Assembly: GCA_000934665.2 (NCBI GenBank)
Contig: KZ538096.1
Span: 124,001-188,000 of the forward strand
Length of the DNA: 64,000 nt
Source: Catajapyx aquilonaris
Lineage: Eukaryota
Direction of reading: 5' to 3'
Below the pieces are notes generated by a model that did no database searches, was not told where the DNA came from, and worked only from the letters and a program-made list of their open reading frames with translations. Shown here one piece after another: positions 1 through 14,406 of this stretch. The position numbers were made by a program, and so were the translations under genes. Every line of letters starts with the position of its first letter. Position 1 is the stretch's first letter.

Positions 1-3000
1 ATGCTTCTCTCCACGACTCTACATAAATCATACTGACTCAACCATTCAACGCCACATACCCACGGGCACACTTCTGGTGGACTCTCACCTTCAGGACTCA
101 AAACAACTCACTATTCGCACTTACTCAGCTAATTAGCTTTCAGTTTATCAGTTGGCTATTTCAATTATTGGTTACTGGTAGTGACAAATCGGATCGTTTT
201 TTTCGGGGGGGGGGGGGGATATACAAAGAGCTAAGTGATTTTTATCTGAAGGACTTGCTGTTTCCTGGTAGAAAAAAAAACGGTTCTGTGGAGGCGAAAA
301 GCAGCTTATGCTCTCTTTTGTGAACACCATTGTCCGTCCTTTTATCATGGCATTTGTCCGTCCGGGTGGATGATAAATGGCGGGCCTGCTGTCAATAGCG
401 CCTATAAAAACATCAAGTGTGGAGACGACGGCAGCGGATCCCCTTTTCCGCTCTTATGATCTGTTTGCGTGAGAACCGAGCGGGATGTTCGCCTGCACAA
501 GCTTTTGCTTCTTCGGGGAGGGAAAAGCACAGTCCCCATCCCTCCCCCACACTCCCTGGATCTCCCCCTTACCCCCCACACACCCCACCCAACTCTCCCT
601 TAGGCATCCGTCATTGCCAAATGTATTGCACACTTTCCATGCTGAAGAACTGGTGTGATTACCACTCATTTATGCAGAGTATGTGGCAAGTGGAGAAATA
701 TGAAGTCATTATCATTCATTTTGGTGGAAGATTATTGAGATATGACAGCTTCGTAAGCTTTCTGAAAAATATCTCGATTTGTGCCTAATTGGACCTCATT
801 CCGCAATACTGCAGTTCACCGGATTTCTCCTAAATGCATTCACATTTAGGTCAAAATTCAAATAGGCGTTGTTAAAAATAAGTATAAATAGCTACTTATA
901 TAAAAATTGAAAAATATCATACAAAGAATAATGCATTCTTCAAACTCCAACATATCGCAAAACCAGTCCATTTAAAGTCCTCACCTGATTCCCGTGTAGA
1001 TGAAATATCCTCTCTATACAAACATTCTTGCAACATTTTGACACTTACAATATTTCACTTTTAACAAAACGCACATAATTATTCTTGTTATGTAAGTTTA
1101 ACGATAACGACCAAGAATGTTGTGACAGTCACACACCCGTGCTCTCGAGGAGGACAGACCGAGTCCCCGATTTTGTGGTCACTCGGCTATATCTCCCCTT
1201 CTTTCTGACATATTAAAGCAACTCTCTTGCACAATATAATACGGTACGTGTTTAAGAAACAGTTGTAGAAAATGTGTGTGAGAAGTTTCATACAATATCC
1301 AATTAAGAAATGGTACTATTTCCACCCTGAAATATTGCATTATAAACTAATGCTGACATTACGTGCCAGATAGCACATTATTTTTGGGCCCGAATCAACA
1401 CAGTAGCAAGTCATTATCTGATTCCCCTTTGTCTTTGGCATGATGACATGAAACAGTGAGTAATTCGGTCTAAATAGATGTGGCAACATGGGATTCCCTC
1501 CTACTCCACTTCGTCCCCCTCCTCTCTAGTCCTCCTTTTCTGCTTCCTTCACCACCGAATGAGAGAGTGGAAGAGAGTGACGGCTACTTGCGAAAGATCG
1601 TTAATATTGATCATATTACTGTCTCTCCTTGCTGCCGCTGGTTGGCGCTTCAATCTTCTAGAGGAAGGGCTTCAAACTTACCCCCCACCCCTTTTTGCTC
1701 CATTTTTTTCTCCATGATTCTTGTGTCAAACCAGTCTGACACTCCTATAATGTTTTTCTTCCACATCCAATTTTTGGAAAACTCGCAATTTCTGAACTTA
1801 CGTCTGTAACAATTTATTTATATATAAAATATTTGACAAAATTCATTTTGCACGTAGTCGCCATATTTTGATAGGGGTGATATCTGGCGGCCACCCTGGG
1901 AGTTTGTAACAGACAAAAGGGGCGGCCATTGGACGCATGGCAGCTGCAAGAGGCGGCCGCCACTCACCAGACTGGACCCACCTCTAGCCTTTGTTATAAA
2001 TTTGGTTTCCAAAATGGAAGGATAGGAAATGGCGTCACTTCCTGAGCTGCGCGCCGGAGGTACACACGATTACAAAAATGCATATAAAAAATAAGAAAGC
2101 GGTGTTTCTTTTCATCCCTGTTGGAACGATCACGTTGGGTTGTTTGGAAGGCCAAGGAAGTTCTCTATAGGAGTCAAGGTGAACGACGTGGCCCACCCTA
2201 CCATACCACCACCTCATCATTTCTCCTGAAACTTGGGTTGAGTTCGCAGTTCGCTCCACTCTCACTCTCCAGCACCAAGACAAGATTGAGGAAGTGTCTC
2301 ATTTATTTTACAGCCGGACTCCTTCCAACCGCCACTGCTACTTTGGCCAGGAAATGACGAGCCAACCCCCCTCTAACAACCATCTGGACTCCCACACATA
2401 CACACGCCTATAAAACCACCATGCGTGACTTTACCAGCATGTACACAACAAGAAATTTCAGCTAAAATCCACACTTTTTTATGACCAAGACCCAGCCTCG
2501 ACACAATCCTACCAAACGACCTTCTCCCCTAAAGGTTTTCACCCCACCATGAAACACTCCCCAACCACCCTTAGCTATCCCGGTTCGCCCCCCCTATCCC
2601 CATTCCACCGTTCACGCAAGTGATATAAATCTTAAAATAATAAAAGGGTAGAGGGATATAAATTTTACGAACAGAATAGTCTCTGGGGAAAGGAAAAGGA
2701 TTTGGAAGCAAGGGAGGGCTTCCAACCAGCCAGTTTGCAGGCAAGCTTTGGATAGGACAGTAAAATGGAAGGCAGCTCCGTTAAGTGTGATAGTGATAGT
2801 TTTTAGCAAGAAAAACGGTATCTGAAAATTTTGAAGGTGTAGTGCAACTAAAAGTGTAGTGTTTATCAGTGAGATCATAAGATGTGATATGTGGGCATAT
2901 GTGTGTTATAACTCCTTTTTCATGTGTTGTAAAAATAAGAGGGGGGTGTAATTCAATATGCTAACCTGTAAATGCATATCCAGATGTTGGAAGCTTCGTT

Positions 3001-4135
3001 ATGGAATATTACGCAGTGTTGTGTTACATCCAGAGAGAAGTCTAGCAGATCGATACTAGGAATGGTGCAATGCAGGGTCAGTAAGAGTGGGCTAGACTTT
3101 CCGATAAGTTTTTTTTGGGTGGTCCCATAGGATGTGTCTATCATTGGTGTGAAGAATAGTCTTCTAGCCTAAGTTTGGGGGCTGCTGAGAGAGTCGCTAG
3201 GACATGTCACTCATCGTTTTTCCTTCTCCGGTCCATCACCACCGGACTAATTAGGACCAAAGTGGGTAGGCTGGGCTGTCGTTTCAAAAGGTCCAACCCT
3301 TTCTTCTGACCTTTTGTGACCCCTTGTCTTTGTCTGAGGCCGCTAGGGATTGTACCCGGAAGGCCTTTTGGCCTAAAAGTGGTGTTTACAAAACTTTCTC
3401 AAAATTCGGGCCTATGCCCAGAAGACATCCTGCTGATTGTTGAAGAGGCGCGTGGATTGCTGGAACAGTTGCTACAGGCTGTTGGCACATGAACAATTCC
3501 TTGTTAAGGACAGAATTAGGATCAACAGACTCGCCTGACAACATCACACGGGGTATTATCGCCTTTTCTTTGCAAAAGAGGGAATATTGCAGTTCGTTGC
3601 ACTTTGGATATACGGTATGCATTTTGAAATCTTCTGGGCATGAATGTTATGAATGACCGGCCCTGTTCCGAGGGAATGATATTTAATATCTTCAACCACG
3701 GATTCCGCATGTGATCGACTGCAACGGTTCTTGAAAAATATACGGTAATTTTTTTTGACTTACAGGTCACATTTTAAAAGGGTAGTCGGAGAGAGGGGGA
3801 GGAAGGTTATTACTACTTGTTTGTTCCTCATAATCATGTACCCTTTGCATATGACCTGAGAGAAATATGCGATTTGGTATCGAAAGAAAGAAAGAAAATA
3901 AAATATCGCGACAGTCTTTTGCAAGCGTTGCAAATCTTATCCAGTGCAAGTGCTCAGTGCTCACACAATGAGGCACTGTTAATGATATATGCTCGGTTCA
4001 AAATGTTTAGGAAAAAAAGTTTCTTGGCGTATCACAGCTCTCCAGCAACGTTCACCTTGCTATCGTGCTGACGGTTGATTAGCTCTAGGATACCATTGAC
4101 CGAATTTTTGGGAATATTGTCGCATTTATTTTATA

Positions 4136-4396
4136 CTAGCTGCGGCACCCGGCGTTGCCCGGGAAGAAATGAATGAAGGGAAAACACCTGCCAGTACCCC
4201 CGTCAACTGTCTGTCTTTCTGTGTGTCCGCCCACCAATGCCATCTGTGGTCCTGCTACTCCAACACCTTCAACCTCTCCCGCCTGCATAACGGCAACCGT
4301 CATTTGCCTGCCATCTGTAGTCAACCCCCAACACCTCCATCCTCTCCCGGCCTGGGGGTGGAGCACAGATGGCAAGCAAATGACGGTTGGCAGGCG

Positions 4397-4427
<31 letters not shown>

Positions 4428-4455
4428 TCACAAACGGCTTTATTTATATAGAAGA
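4136..4455 (-). mobile_element. Non-autonomous Helitron
   Basis: The minus strand begins A|TCTTCTATATAAAT, has a (CTGT)n microsatellite near the 5' end, and ends with the hairpin CCCGGGCAACGCCGGG then GCTAG|T. This gives TC...CTAG termini in an AT target with no TSD. Confidence 0.85.
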
Positions 4456-5426
4456 TTTTTAAAAATGCAGGCAACGAGGTCAATACCACACTGTCTTCTC
4501 AGTTTTAAAACGGACATAAGCAAATGGTCTATAAGATAAGCTGCATCAGGCTGACGTAACTGCAATTTCAGTAATTTGTTTTGGACCCTCTCTGTACCTT
4601 TGACACGCGTTGGTAAATAATTGAGCTCAATGAACGTATATTATCGTACTTGTCATCCAAACACCCTCGCGTCCAGTAGCTTATCTCTGACCCTGATGGC
4701 ATTCATCATGTGCCTATACAACACTCGATTTCCTTATCAAACCTTTTTTTTCCTCCCATCAAAGTCACTGAAGGTTGACGGCCGTTGACTCTCGCCATTG
4801 AAAGCGGCGCCACTAGTAAAAATACACACAACTGATTACACAGCCTGTTGCGCCTATTTTATATCAAAACGAGCTACGTAGACGTCCCTGGCCAATACCA
4901 AAGTTGTGGTACGCCTAGTGCGTGCTTACAGGCTATCTCACCCATGGTACGGAATCATCTGTAATTACAACAGGGAGTGACACGGAGGAAGGAAAAGGGA
5001 GTGTCCAACCCTTATTATTCTTCACATTGACAATATGCCAGAAACTCAACAAGTGAAAAAACACACACATTTTTGGAACCTGGGTCACAAGAGAGCGGGT
5101 CACAAACAAAGACCCCTCTGAAAATGTTCCCTCTCAGTTCCCCCCCCCCCCCCCNCCCCCCCTCTAGCCCCAAGGCAGGTCGGCCATTTGCAGGAGGCCG
5201 CGAATGGTTTATGACCCAATACCAGGCGTCCTCAATGAAAATTTATGTAAATAGCGTTATGACCTTCCTGGAAGTGTGGCCCCGCTAGGCTTTGTAGAGG
5301 GGGGGTATAGTTTAGTCTAGCTGCAGCAGGGAGAGAAGGCAGATCTTTGTCTGTGTAGTGCTAAAAGGAAACCTGAGCTGGTCCCCCCCCAGTCCCTGCC
5401 TCATATATAACCCCCCCCCCCCCCCC

Positions 5427-5462
5427 NNNNNNNNNNNNNNNNNNNNNNNNNNNNNNNNNNNN
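5427..5462. other. Assembly gap (36 N) next to a poly-C tract
   Basis: Run of N after C16. Single Ns also occur at 5155 and 13584 in or beside C/G runs. Confidence 0.99.
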
Positions 5463-8400
5463 CCTCTAAACCTACCATTCTTAGGGGTCATTTGGTCCGG
5501 GACTAAATTGTGTCCAGTCGGTGGCGCAACCGGTTCTCCCCCTCTTGGAAAACTGCAGCCGTCCCCAAAAGTTTTCGGAGTCAGTGTGTGGGCAGGGGTC
5601 ACCGTGGTCGTCCTCCTTTTTTTCCCCCCCTGTACTTTGCCCATAAAAATACCAATTCCGTTCCGTTTTATCTTGGCCCCTAGAAGCATTTCCCTTCCCA
5701 GGTTTTTTACCCCTCCTAGTGCTCATCATACCCACGTTGTTACGAGCGTTTTATGGGTCACCCCAACGTGCTCTGATTGGTAGGTCTACGGGATCGTCAC
5801 GTGAGGTTGTAAAGTGAAGAAATTATAACTTGCGTCGGGGGGGCCTGGGGTAGGGTGGGGACGAGAAAAAATAGCGTCGTATATCAAGACAAAAGTGCGG
5901 GGGCCTCTGCGAGGCTAAAGGGGAGGAACACCCGAAACAGTCCCAGTTTCCATCGAGACATGGCTGGTCCGAGTTGCGTGTATCGGTACGGGGTGTGGTG
6001 AGAGTGACAGAAGTTGAGGTGGCCACCATTTTGAAATGGGGGGGTGTTGAACGGTCTTGTGGGTATGGGTATGTGTTTGCATGGAAAAGTTGTGTGCGTG
6101 TTGGATTCAGTCTGTACTCTCATTGGTCCTGGTATTTCCATGAGTCATTGACGTCATTGTGGGAGCTGAGTCTGGGCTACAAATCATGGTGTATAAATAC
6201 TGGGGAAATATGACGTCACTTCTGAGGCAATCCTGGCCCGCTGGAGAGTAGGTCTGACAGATATTAATATCAAAGTTGGATTTCAGGTCTGGTAGTGTGA
6301 AATAATGAGACGGGTGTAAGGGATGTCATGCGTGTGTTAAATTCATTTTTTAAATATGCAGAACTTATCTTAACTATTACATTTTTTAGTGCCGGAAAGT
6401 CATGGGTTCATATGCATTTTTTTGAAAGTCGCATAAATTATGCCGAATTTTTGACCACTGAATTAACATGTTAGCCTCAGCATACTGTGTTCCAATTTTA
6501 TGTATATTGTACTAAAATTTTGATTACAACAGTGTGTTTGGGCACATGTTCCACATAATGTAACTACTAACTTGGCATATCTTCAAACAAAATAGCTGCA
6601 AAATGTATTAATCTGACAACTGATCACACCCAGTATTACAAGTACTACAATATTTGTAAAATTCACCACATGTCACATGATATGATAAAAACCCTGTATT
6701 CAATTGACAATACTGTTCAACCGAGTGCATTCTCGAATCAAGATCATTATATCCGACTATTGCCATGGGTCATTGCATGACGGTAAGCGTCATGTGGGAC
6801 GCAGTTGGCAAATGCTCTACATCCCAGGTCTATAATTAACATCAATTATGGCCTACATTTGAAACGTAAACTGTGTAGCATTGGTGCCAGGCCAAAATGC
6901 AAGCGTGACGAGGTATTTCAATTAGTTACACATAGTTCACAGCTGCGACTCTTTGAATCCGGGCCAAACACATTATCCCTCAAGCGATTATTGAACCGTG
7001 GGTTTTTTTATTATTCCACAACAATTCATACTTTCAGTGCTCAAAATGGTGGCAGTCCTCTGTGACAAGTGGTTGCTGCAACACAAACACGGGCAAAAAT
7101 ATACGAGCTTGAAAAGGGATATATAAAAAAAAGAGCATAGTGCGAGAGAAAAATGGTAGAGTTGAAGTGCCCATGGCTGTCACGATGGAAGACAACGTCA
7201 ACCACCGTTGGGGTGCACCTCACGTCAAGTCTCACCAGACTCACCCTGGCATAAGATGAATTATTGTTCCCTTATTACCCTCACTGCAGGTGAGTAGTTT
7301 TATACACATGGATCACGCTCGCCTTTTCGCGTCACTCACAATTTCTATAGTAAAAAAAGAGCGTGAATTTGCCACATTGTTTACAGTAACCCTCCTGTGA
7401 AAACGCCTGTAAAACCTCAATTAACAGGTGCAATTATTTACCTCAAATGTTGGGAATCAATTTCCAATAGCCGTGTTAATAGCCCTGTTGCCATTTATCA
7501 CAAGACAGATATTGATTTCTTATAGGCAAGCTGTAAATTGCACAACCTGTTGCATATATCGGACACTTTTTTTTGAGCCAGAAGAGTAAAGACTATGAGC
7601 TTGGCAAAACCTGCAATCCCGCGTCATGTAGATTTATAGGGTTGTAGAGTATGAGGGCAAAGCTATATAGCATGGCTAACGGGACATCAATCATTCTATG
7701 AACAAGTCTGAGGGAAGCACTTCTGGTGAACCCTCGGCCGCAATTACACCTCGAGGAAAGGATCCTATTAGCCCCTCTCGCCACTTTCATATCCATCTTC
7801 CAAGCCTCCACGTTTTAGCATATTGATGGACGGGGGTTGGCAGCACCACAGTATAGGTTCCACAGCATCGCCATATTGGCCACACGAACTTTCGTAATTG
7901 GACGCTCATGAGAGGATCGATTCGTCCACTACACCGGCTGGTGTCTTTGAAGGACTATGACGTCATGGCATTATTTACTAGCACTATCAATTATTCATAT
8001 AATTCATATTTAGGCGTGGTAATTGAGCCACTTGTCTAGATGTCTGAAGTATTAGTATGCGAGTCCATTTGGTCCGAGTGTAATAATTTATGGGGAGGTA
8101 CAGGTTTGCAAAGTTGACTGACACGTGCTGGTGTGTCTGAGCACCTCAATGTGACTTCTGCAATTTGGACAACCAGAAATTAGTTGCTGCGAGTGCAAAA
8201 TTTTTCCTAAGGGTTTGCAACAGTTCAATAAACATTTTGATAATAATATTTTTATTAAACATATTTTATGGTGTATTAGATTTTCTTGTAATGATAACAA
8301 AACTGTTAGCTGAATTCACTCTAATAATTCATCTGATAGGAGCTATTTATTTTCAAGTTATACTTTTGTACAGAACTGGTTTTTCCTTCAAATTTCAATT

Positions 8401-11400
8401 CAGAAATAACTACTATGGTGGTTATTGCAGTAATTCTTAAACTATACCATACCATACATGATTCCAAAGCATTGCTTTCTGAAGAAAGCAGTATAAAAAT
8501 ATAAAAGGGAGCACAGTGGCACTAGCAAACTCATACCTCTCATACTGCTTCAAGGACAACGGTTGGTTACTGTTTGAAGTATACAGTAACTGATATTCTC
8601 GAGCTGCAGAGATAATTTTTATTTCATGCTTATGCGTGTAATTCGCATTCGAAAACGAACACCTTTTTAAAGGCCCATAAAAAGTAATGGCTTTTAAATC
8701 TTATCGGTCTATTGTCTTGTTGAGCTTTGGCTTTACTAATTAGAACAGTGAGTATAAAGGGTTCGCAGTCAGGCAGTGTGCGTTATAAAATTTATTGCAA
8801 TAAATGACATTTGTCTGTTAGGTACAAGGAAATTTCATTAATAATATTGCTCTTCATTCATGTTATGTAGCTTGTTCTGACCCTATAGAAGTAACTATAA
8901 ATCTATAATCAAGCTAATGCTATAGGCAACGAAATATTTGTCAAAAAATGCACTGCATCCTCATCATGTCCCGTAGTAGACTTATCATTGTCAGAAATAT
9001 TTCGACTAAAGAAATATTAGTGATAAAATCTGCCTCCTTGTATATTGACACATTAATAACAATTATATTTATTCATTTGGAATTCATGTTTTTGATGGCA
9101 CCAGTAAAAATAACTCGCAAATGAAATATGCATCTCCTCGCATAATTATAATTTAGTGCATAAGAACTGATCTGATTGTTTATCATTTTTTGTAGCTCTT
9201 AGTCCACAGTAGCAATTGCATCAGCAATTATTCATACATTATTCTGTCTAGCATATTAACTTGTTCCAGTCAGGCCTTAGGCTATCTGCCCTCACCATGC
9301 ACGGTAGATATATCTGCTGGTTTTTGTAGGCCGACTGTCCAAATCATTTCCTGTAATGTAAGCTATCTTTTACGTGATGAAAAAATAGTGGCGTATCAAG
9401 TATCAGCGACCAGCATTATCTATAGAACAAGACAGATTCCGTTTAAAAATTATGCGAAAATAAAACCAGCATATTCTCCACATTACCATGTTTTTACTGC
9501 AGTCTATGTATAGATTGCTACTATTTTTGAATGTTTAATTAGAGAAATTTTGATAATATTTGCGATGATACCCTGAATTACCATAGATTTGTATTTATTG
9601 TGATGTAAAAGGTGCGAGAAGAGGTTACATGAACATACTCACGTCAACATTACTTCCAATACTATTTCATTTTTTCTTTGACCGTGTTACAGGCATAAAG
9701 CTTGCCTTCTATAATGACGCTTTTGATTGTGTATCTCCAAGTGCTGCCATAATTATGAAGGTAACATGTTGCAAACGTTATGGGGTCAAAATATTGTATT
9801 CAATACTCAAACCTTCAAATAATCATAGTAGGGTAATATAATATATTTTTATCATATTATATCTCTTCATAAAACAGGGCCTTACTCTTGATCTATTCCA
9901 CCCCACTATTAACTATGATACAACCAGAAAGTAGTAGGGATGTCTAAAGGAGCAAAACAGTAACTGGCAATATTGACAAGAGTGAAACTAACAATAAATT
10001 ATTGAAAGCGTGTGACAGTATACTACCCAGCTTTTGTTGCATCAATTAATATTATAAAGCGATTTCGATCATGCAGGTCACTGGCGTCCCCTATTATGCC
10101 ACAAAAGCAAAATTTAATAATAATAATTGATTTGTTTTCTCTTTATCTTATTAGGCACTTCAGTTACAATTGGGAAGAAATAACTTCTATACAAGCAATC
10201 TAAAACAAACAACTTTGAAATATCAACTTCCAACCATTCATTCTCTGGTCAAATGAGCAGGCTTCTCATGTTATGTCCAGATAATAATGTGGGTCATATG
10301 AAAAACTTTCGGTTTGCCCCTTACGTCATAAAACCAACACACATTACTAGTAGGGAAAGGTAGGCTACCCATTGTACAGTATAATGAGAGTCGCCTGAAT
10401 GTCTGGATAGTTCGGGAGACTGGAATGTTCTATTTTGACGATTAATTTGGCTAACAGCACTGTTAGCGAAATTAATCAAATAAGTATATCTGTTTTTGCA
10501 TTTTATTTACCCAATTCATTCACAGGAGGATGAAGTAAAAATAAGTCTTGTGCAAGTGACAGCACTAATAAGGCGAAAATATCTTAACATTGAGCATCAA
10601 AAAGTAGCGTTAGTTGCCCCTTCCTTGCATATGCATTTATAGTGTATGAGAAAACAACGAAAGAAATGCGGACGTGAGTAGCTCATATCGCTGCTTATAG
10701 TTGGCTCCATATTTTTCTGTTTATAACTTGATTGTATCATATAATATTAATGTATTACACCCTGTTCGCGCTAGAGTTCCAACGGTACAAGTCTTACTTG
10801 ACACTTGAAAGCAGCAAAGTTATAAAAATTATAGTACTGTCTATTATACTTGTAGTTCAAGATCACGCAGCTATAATGTTAGAAGATATTCCTGCAATTT
10901 CATGTTTACTTGTACAATATGGCACAAATGTTAATATCAATGCAGTTAGCTAATTAGACGCCCCCAAGTGAAAATCGCCTCTTCCAAAATGACACATCAC
11001 GTTTCTCGGTCACGGTCCGCCACCAATCCCTCACGTTCCACACATAATCCCAAAAATCCCCGAAAAAAATACTCCCTAATATTGTGCACTAGAATACTAC
11101 AATGGCGGATGACTTGCACAAGAGGGTCCCTCCCCAAAATTTGGTGGGTAGGGTCACAGATGCCCCTGGGTTGGACCCCCCCTCCCCCATCCAGTCCCAT
11201 CTGACCGCCCCTCCGGACCCATGATTTCAACAACCACATGCTGTGTGGGTCCTGTAGTTTCCACCCCTAGATTGCGAGAAAGGAACAAAACCCAGGGCGT
11301 CCCTCAACCTCCCCACTTTCCATCCCCATCCCCCCCCCCCCTATCCTCTCCCCTCACCCAAAGTATTGATTGGCGGCTTTCTAACGTTTCCTGCCCCCGC

Positions 11401-12368
11401 CATCTTGATTTGCAGTTCTTGGCGGCGGTGGCGGCGTCGGGCGTCCCTATCGGGGATCCAACCCCCCCACCTCCCCCAAGCCTTGTTTTTGGGGACCTAT
11501 TTTGCACACCTTTGGTCTCAGACACTAATAATGGACTCAGGTATTATGGTTTCATCTTTCTTCTTGTTGTATACCCAGACTGCTGGATGGTTTGGTTGTG
11601 GGCGGCCATTGGGGTGAGGCTGGAGCCTACCCTTGCAAGTGAGTTGCGTAGGTTAGGCTGGCTCATTGTTTCTGACAATGAGTAGTATGTATGCTTTTTG
11701 ATAACAGTAGTAAGCAGCATGAAATATTTATTTTTAATATTTAAATATTAAGAAGCATGTTTGTATAATACAATTTTTTTTACAGATATGGGCTTGAATT
11801 TGCCAATTTGCACAGTGTGTAGTGTGTAATATTTAAAAGTGGCTAGAGTGGCATTTGGAACATTATTTTTTAAATGTACATTGGGTAGAATTTTCGTCCC
11901 AGTCCTAGTTGCTGCTAACTTAGCAGTACCAGTGTTGGCAATGGTACTATTAGCAGTAGGGACCACCATTGTTTCATACCTATAACGAAGCTCGCGTGAT
12001 GTAAAACCACTTTTGTCCGGAAATTACTAAAGGATGTAGGCCTACCTAAATAATGACTTCCTGGTAAATCTTCCAAAAAAAAATGAGGCGTTAAATATTT
12101 CACACCAAGAAGCATACCATCTGAGTTTTTCCCCCTACTCCAAATGGAGCCAATCATGAAAAACCCTCTCGGAACCTTCCCAAACCAAATTCCTCTTAGG
12201 TGTCGTCTGCTTTTGCGATTATCAAATTGGGCTCGCCCGATGGCATGGGTGGGAAATTCCGATGGGATAATTTATTTTCCTCCCCCCTCCACCTCTCCAT
12301 ACCTCCCCCCCTAACCCCCGTGGCTGCCTGTCATGCCCCTTATTCCTTATTCTCTTCTGGCGCCGTAC

Positions 12369-12448
12369 GTCCCTGTGGTCGAATAGGAAAGACGCGGGCT
12401 AGGCCTTATGGCCAGTCCGAGGTCCGGGTTCGAATCCCGGCGGGGGCA
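12369..12448 (+). other. Solo tRNA-like element with aberrant, elongated anticodon arm
   Basis: Acceptor GTCCCTG/CGGGGGC, D-stem GTC/GAC, T-arm CCGGG-TTCGAAT-CCCGG. It has A and B boxes and TTTT at 12452-12455. The anticodon arm is CGGGCT-A-GGCC-TTAT-GGCC-AGTCCG. Confidence 0.7.
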
Positions 12449-13244
12449 CAATTTTGCTAGCCAGAAAAGACATCATTTCCTCCCCTATTTCCTTTATACA
12501 TAAACCACCTTGTATTTCTTCGGAATTACTGTTATTCAGCCCAGTTAAAATGGTGAGCAGGACTTTCTTTTGTTGATAGAGTTCACGCTGGTGAAGCCAG
12601 GGTTAAAATTTGGTGCCCTGAAAAGTTTGGGGGTTCCAGGTTTATAGCAGCCATAAACTTCGTTGAAAAAAAAAAGAAGGGGAGAAACTATCTAAACCGA
12701 GTGCAATTTTATTGAAGGTCCTTTGTCAGGTCCATCCTTTTTCCGCACTGTTGGGTTGGCTACTCCACCCATTCCATTATTTCAGCATTTTTCAAGCTTA
12801 TTAGACCCCCCTTTTGAAAGCTCGACCTTGACAAGAGCACTTCCAACGCCCATTTTATAACGTGCAAAATAATTTTTGCATGCCTCTCAAGCCACTTTTA
12901 ATAATATTTATAATTATATATGAAAAAAAAATTCAAGCACACACACACACACACACACAAACGAAGCGCTCTATTCACACGCTCATTTCTGGTGGCACAA
13001 GAAGCCTTCCGTCACAAAGGGTTCCACATGATGCAACAATTTTGAGCACACTGTAAACCACGGTAGGGTTAGTAAGCCCCATCAAAAGGCAAGCCCCCCC
13101 CCCCCCTATATTTTTTTACCCTCTCACAATTCGGCATTATGGAAAAGGATGTGAAACACATGCAAGTCATGCCTCATAATCACAGGCATTTTGGCGAATT
13201 CAAGCCCACCGTGAGAGAGCCAGTCCCCAACGGTAGCCATTTTG

Positions 13245-13282
<38 letters not shown>
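13245..13282. repeat. (TTA)n microsatellite
   Basis: About 12 perfect ATT units. Confidence 0.95.
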
Positions 13283-14220
13283 GCAGTTGGTAGTACAGAG
13301 AGGGATATTGATCGCCCTGCATGCTTCTCTCCCAAAATACGAGGCGGGAAGAGCTTTAGGAAATGGCGACAGCAGGAAACGATGGCTCGGATGAAAGGAT
13401 TTTCTCGCGCGTTTTTTTTCCCACTTCTTCTTGCAGCACCATCCTAGGCTCCAGACTCCACCAGACTTGTTTTGGAGTCTCAAGCCCACCCCCCCTCTGA
13501 CTAAAAGGGGGGGAAAAGAAAAAGAACAAGCTTGGGGCCAGGAGGGGTTGGGCTTGGAAAAGCAATCTCCGGAATTCAAAATGNGGGAGGGGGGTGTCCC
13601 ACCGAAACATTTTTCTGTCGAATCATGCTCGGAGGGATTCAACTGTAAATTGAGATGGCAAACGGGCTTGATGATATTTCTCCCATTGTGGTCTGGCTGA
13701 TGCACTGGGGGGATGACTTTGGTATGATCATTTTCGTTGGATCTCTATTGCCCTTTGGTAGACAGCACGGGTCCAGAAAAGTGCAAGTCAGGTCCCAGGG
13801 CTGTTGACAGGACTTTTAGTGACATCATTAAAATTCAATGTGGAACAGCTATTGCGGTCGTCTAGTTTCGTGTGTATGTAAGCAGACACCACTTGAATTA
13901 AGAACACAATGTCCAGCCTTTGTTTTTAATGGGCAGGTCATGCCATGTGACGACAAAAAAATTAAACGGATCATAATTTAAGAAATAAAATTATATAGAC
14001 AAAATTATACCTTTTTGAACCATATCACACTAATAAACATTTTCTTGTGCTAGATCATACACACTCACCAGGGAAGAAGAATGGTGATTTGATCTAGCAC
14101 ACAAAATGACCTTATAGCCCACTGTGATTGTCACTTAGAAAGTTCACAATGCATAATGTACTGTACCGGAAATATTTTCAGATGGGAACAACTATAACGG
14201 CAACAATCTTGTGCACTATA

Positions 14221-14406
14221 CACTCTTAACCATTTACCTTCTCTAGAGAGGGTAAAAAAGGGCCTCTTTTTTACCCTCTATTTTCTAAGGTAATGCATGC
14301 AAAATTTACCTTAGACTCAATTTACCCAAGAATATTTACCCTACAATGTAAGGTAAAAAATGGCCACTTTCTTACCCTCTCTAGAGAAGGTAAATGGTTA
14401 AGAGTG
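14221..14406. mobile_element. MITE with 35-bp TIRs and TA target duplication
   Basis: TA|CACTCTTAACCATTTACCTTCTCTAGAGAGGGTAA ... TTACCCTCTCTAGAGAAGGTAAATGGTTAAGAGTG|TA. Confidence 0.85.

Noticed and set aside
13124..13705. 193-aa and overlapping ORFs
   Set aside because: They are produced by the (TTA)n microsatellite and low complexity, with no recognisable domain.
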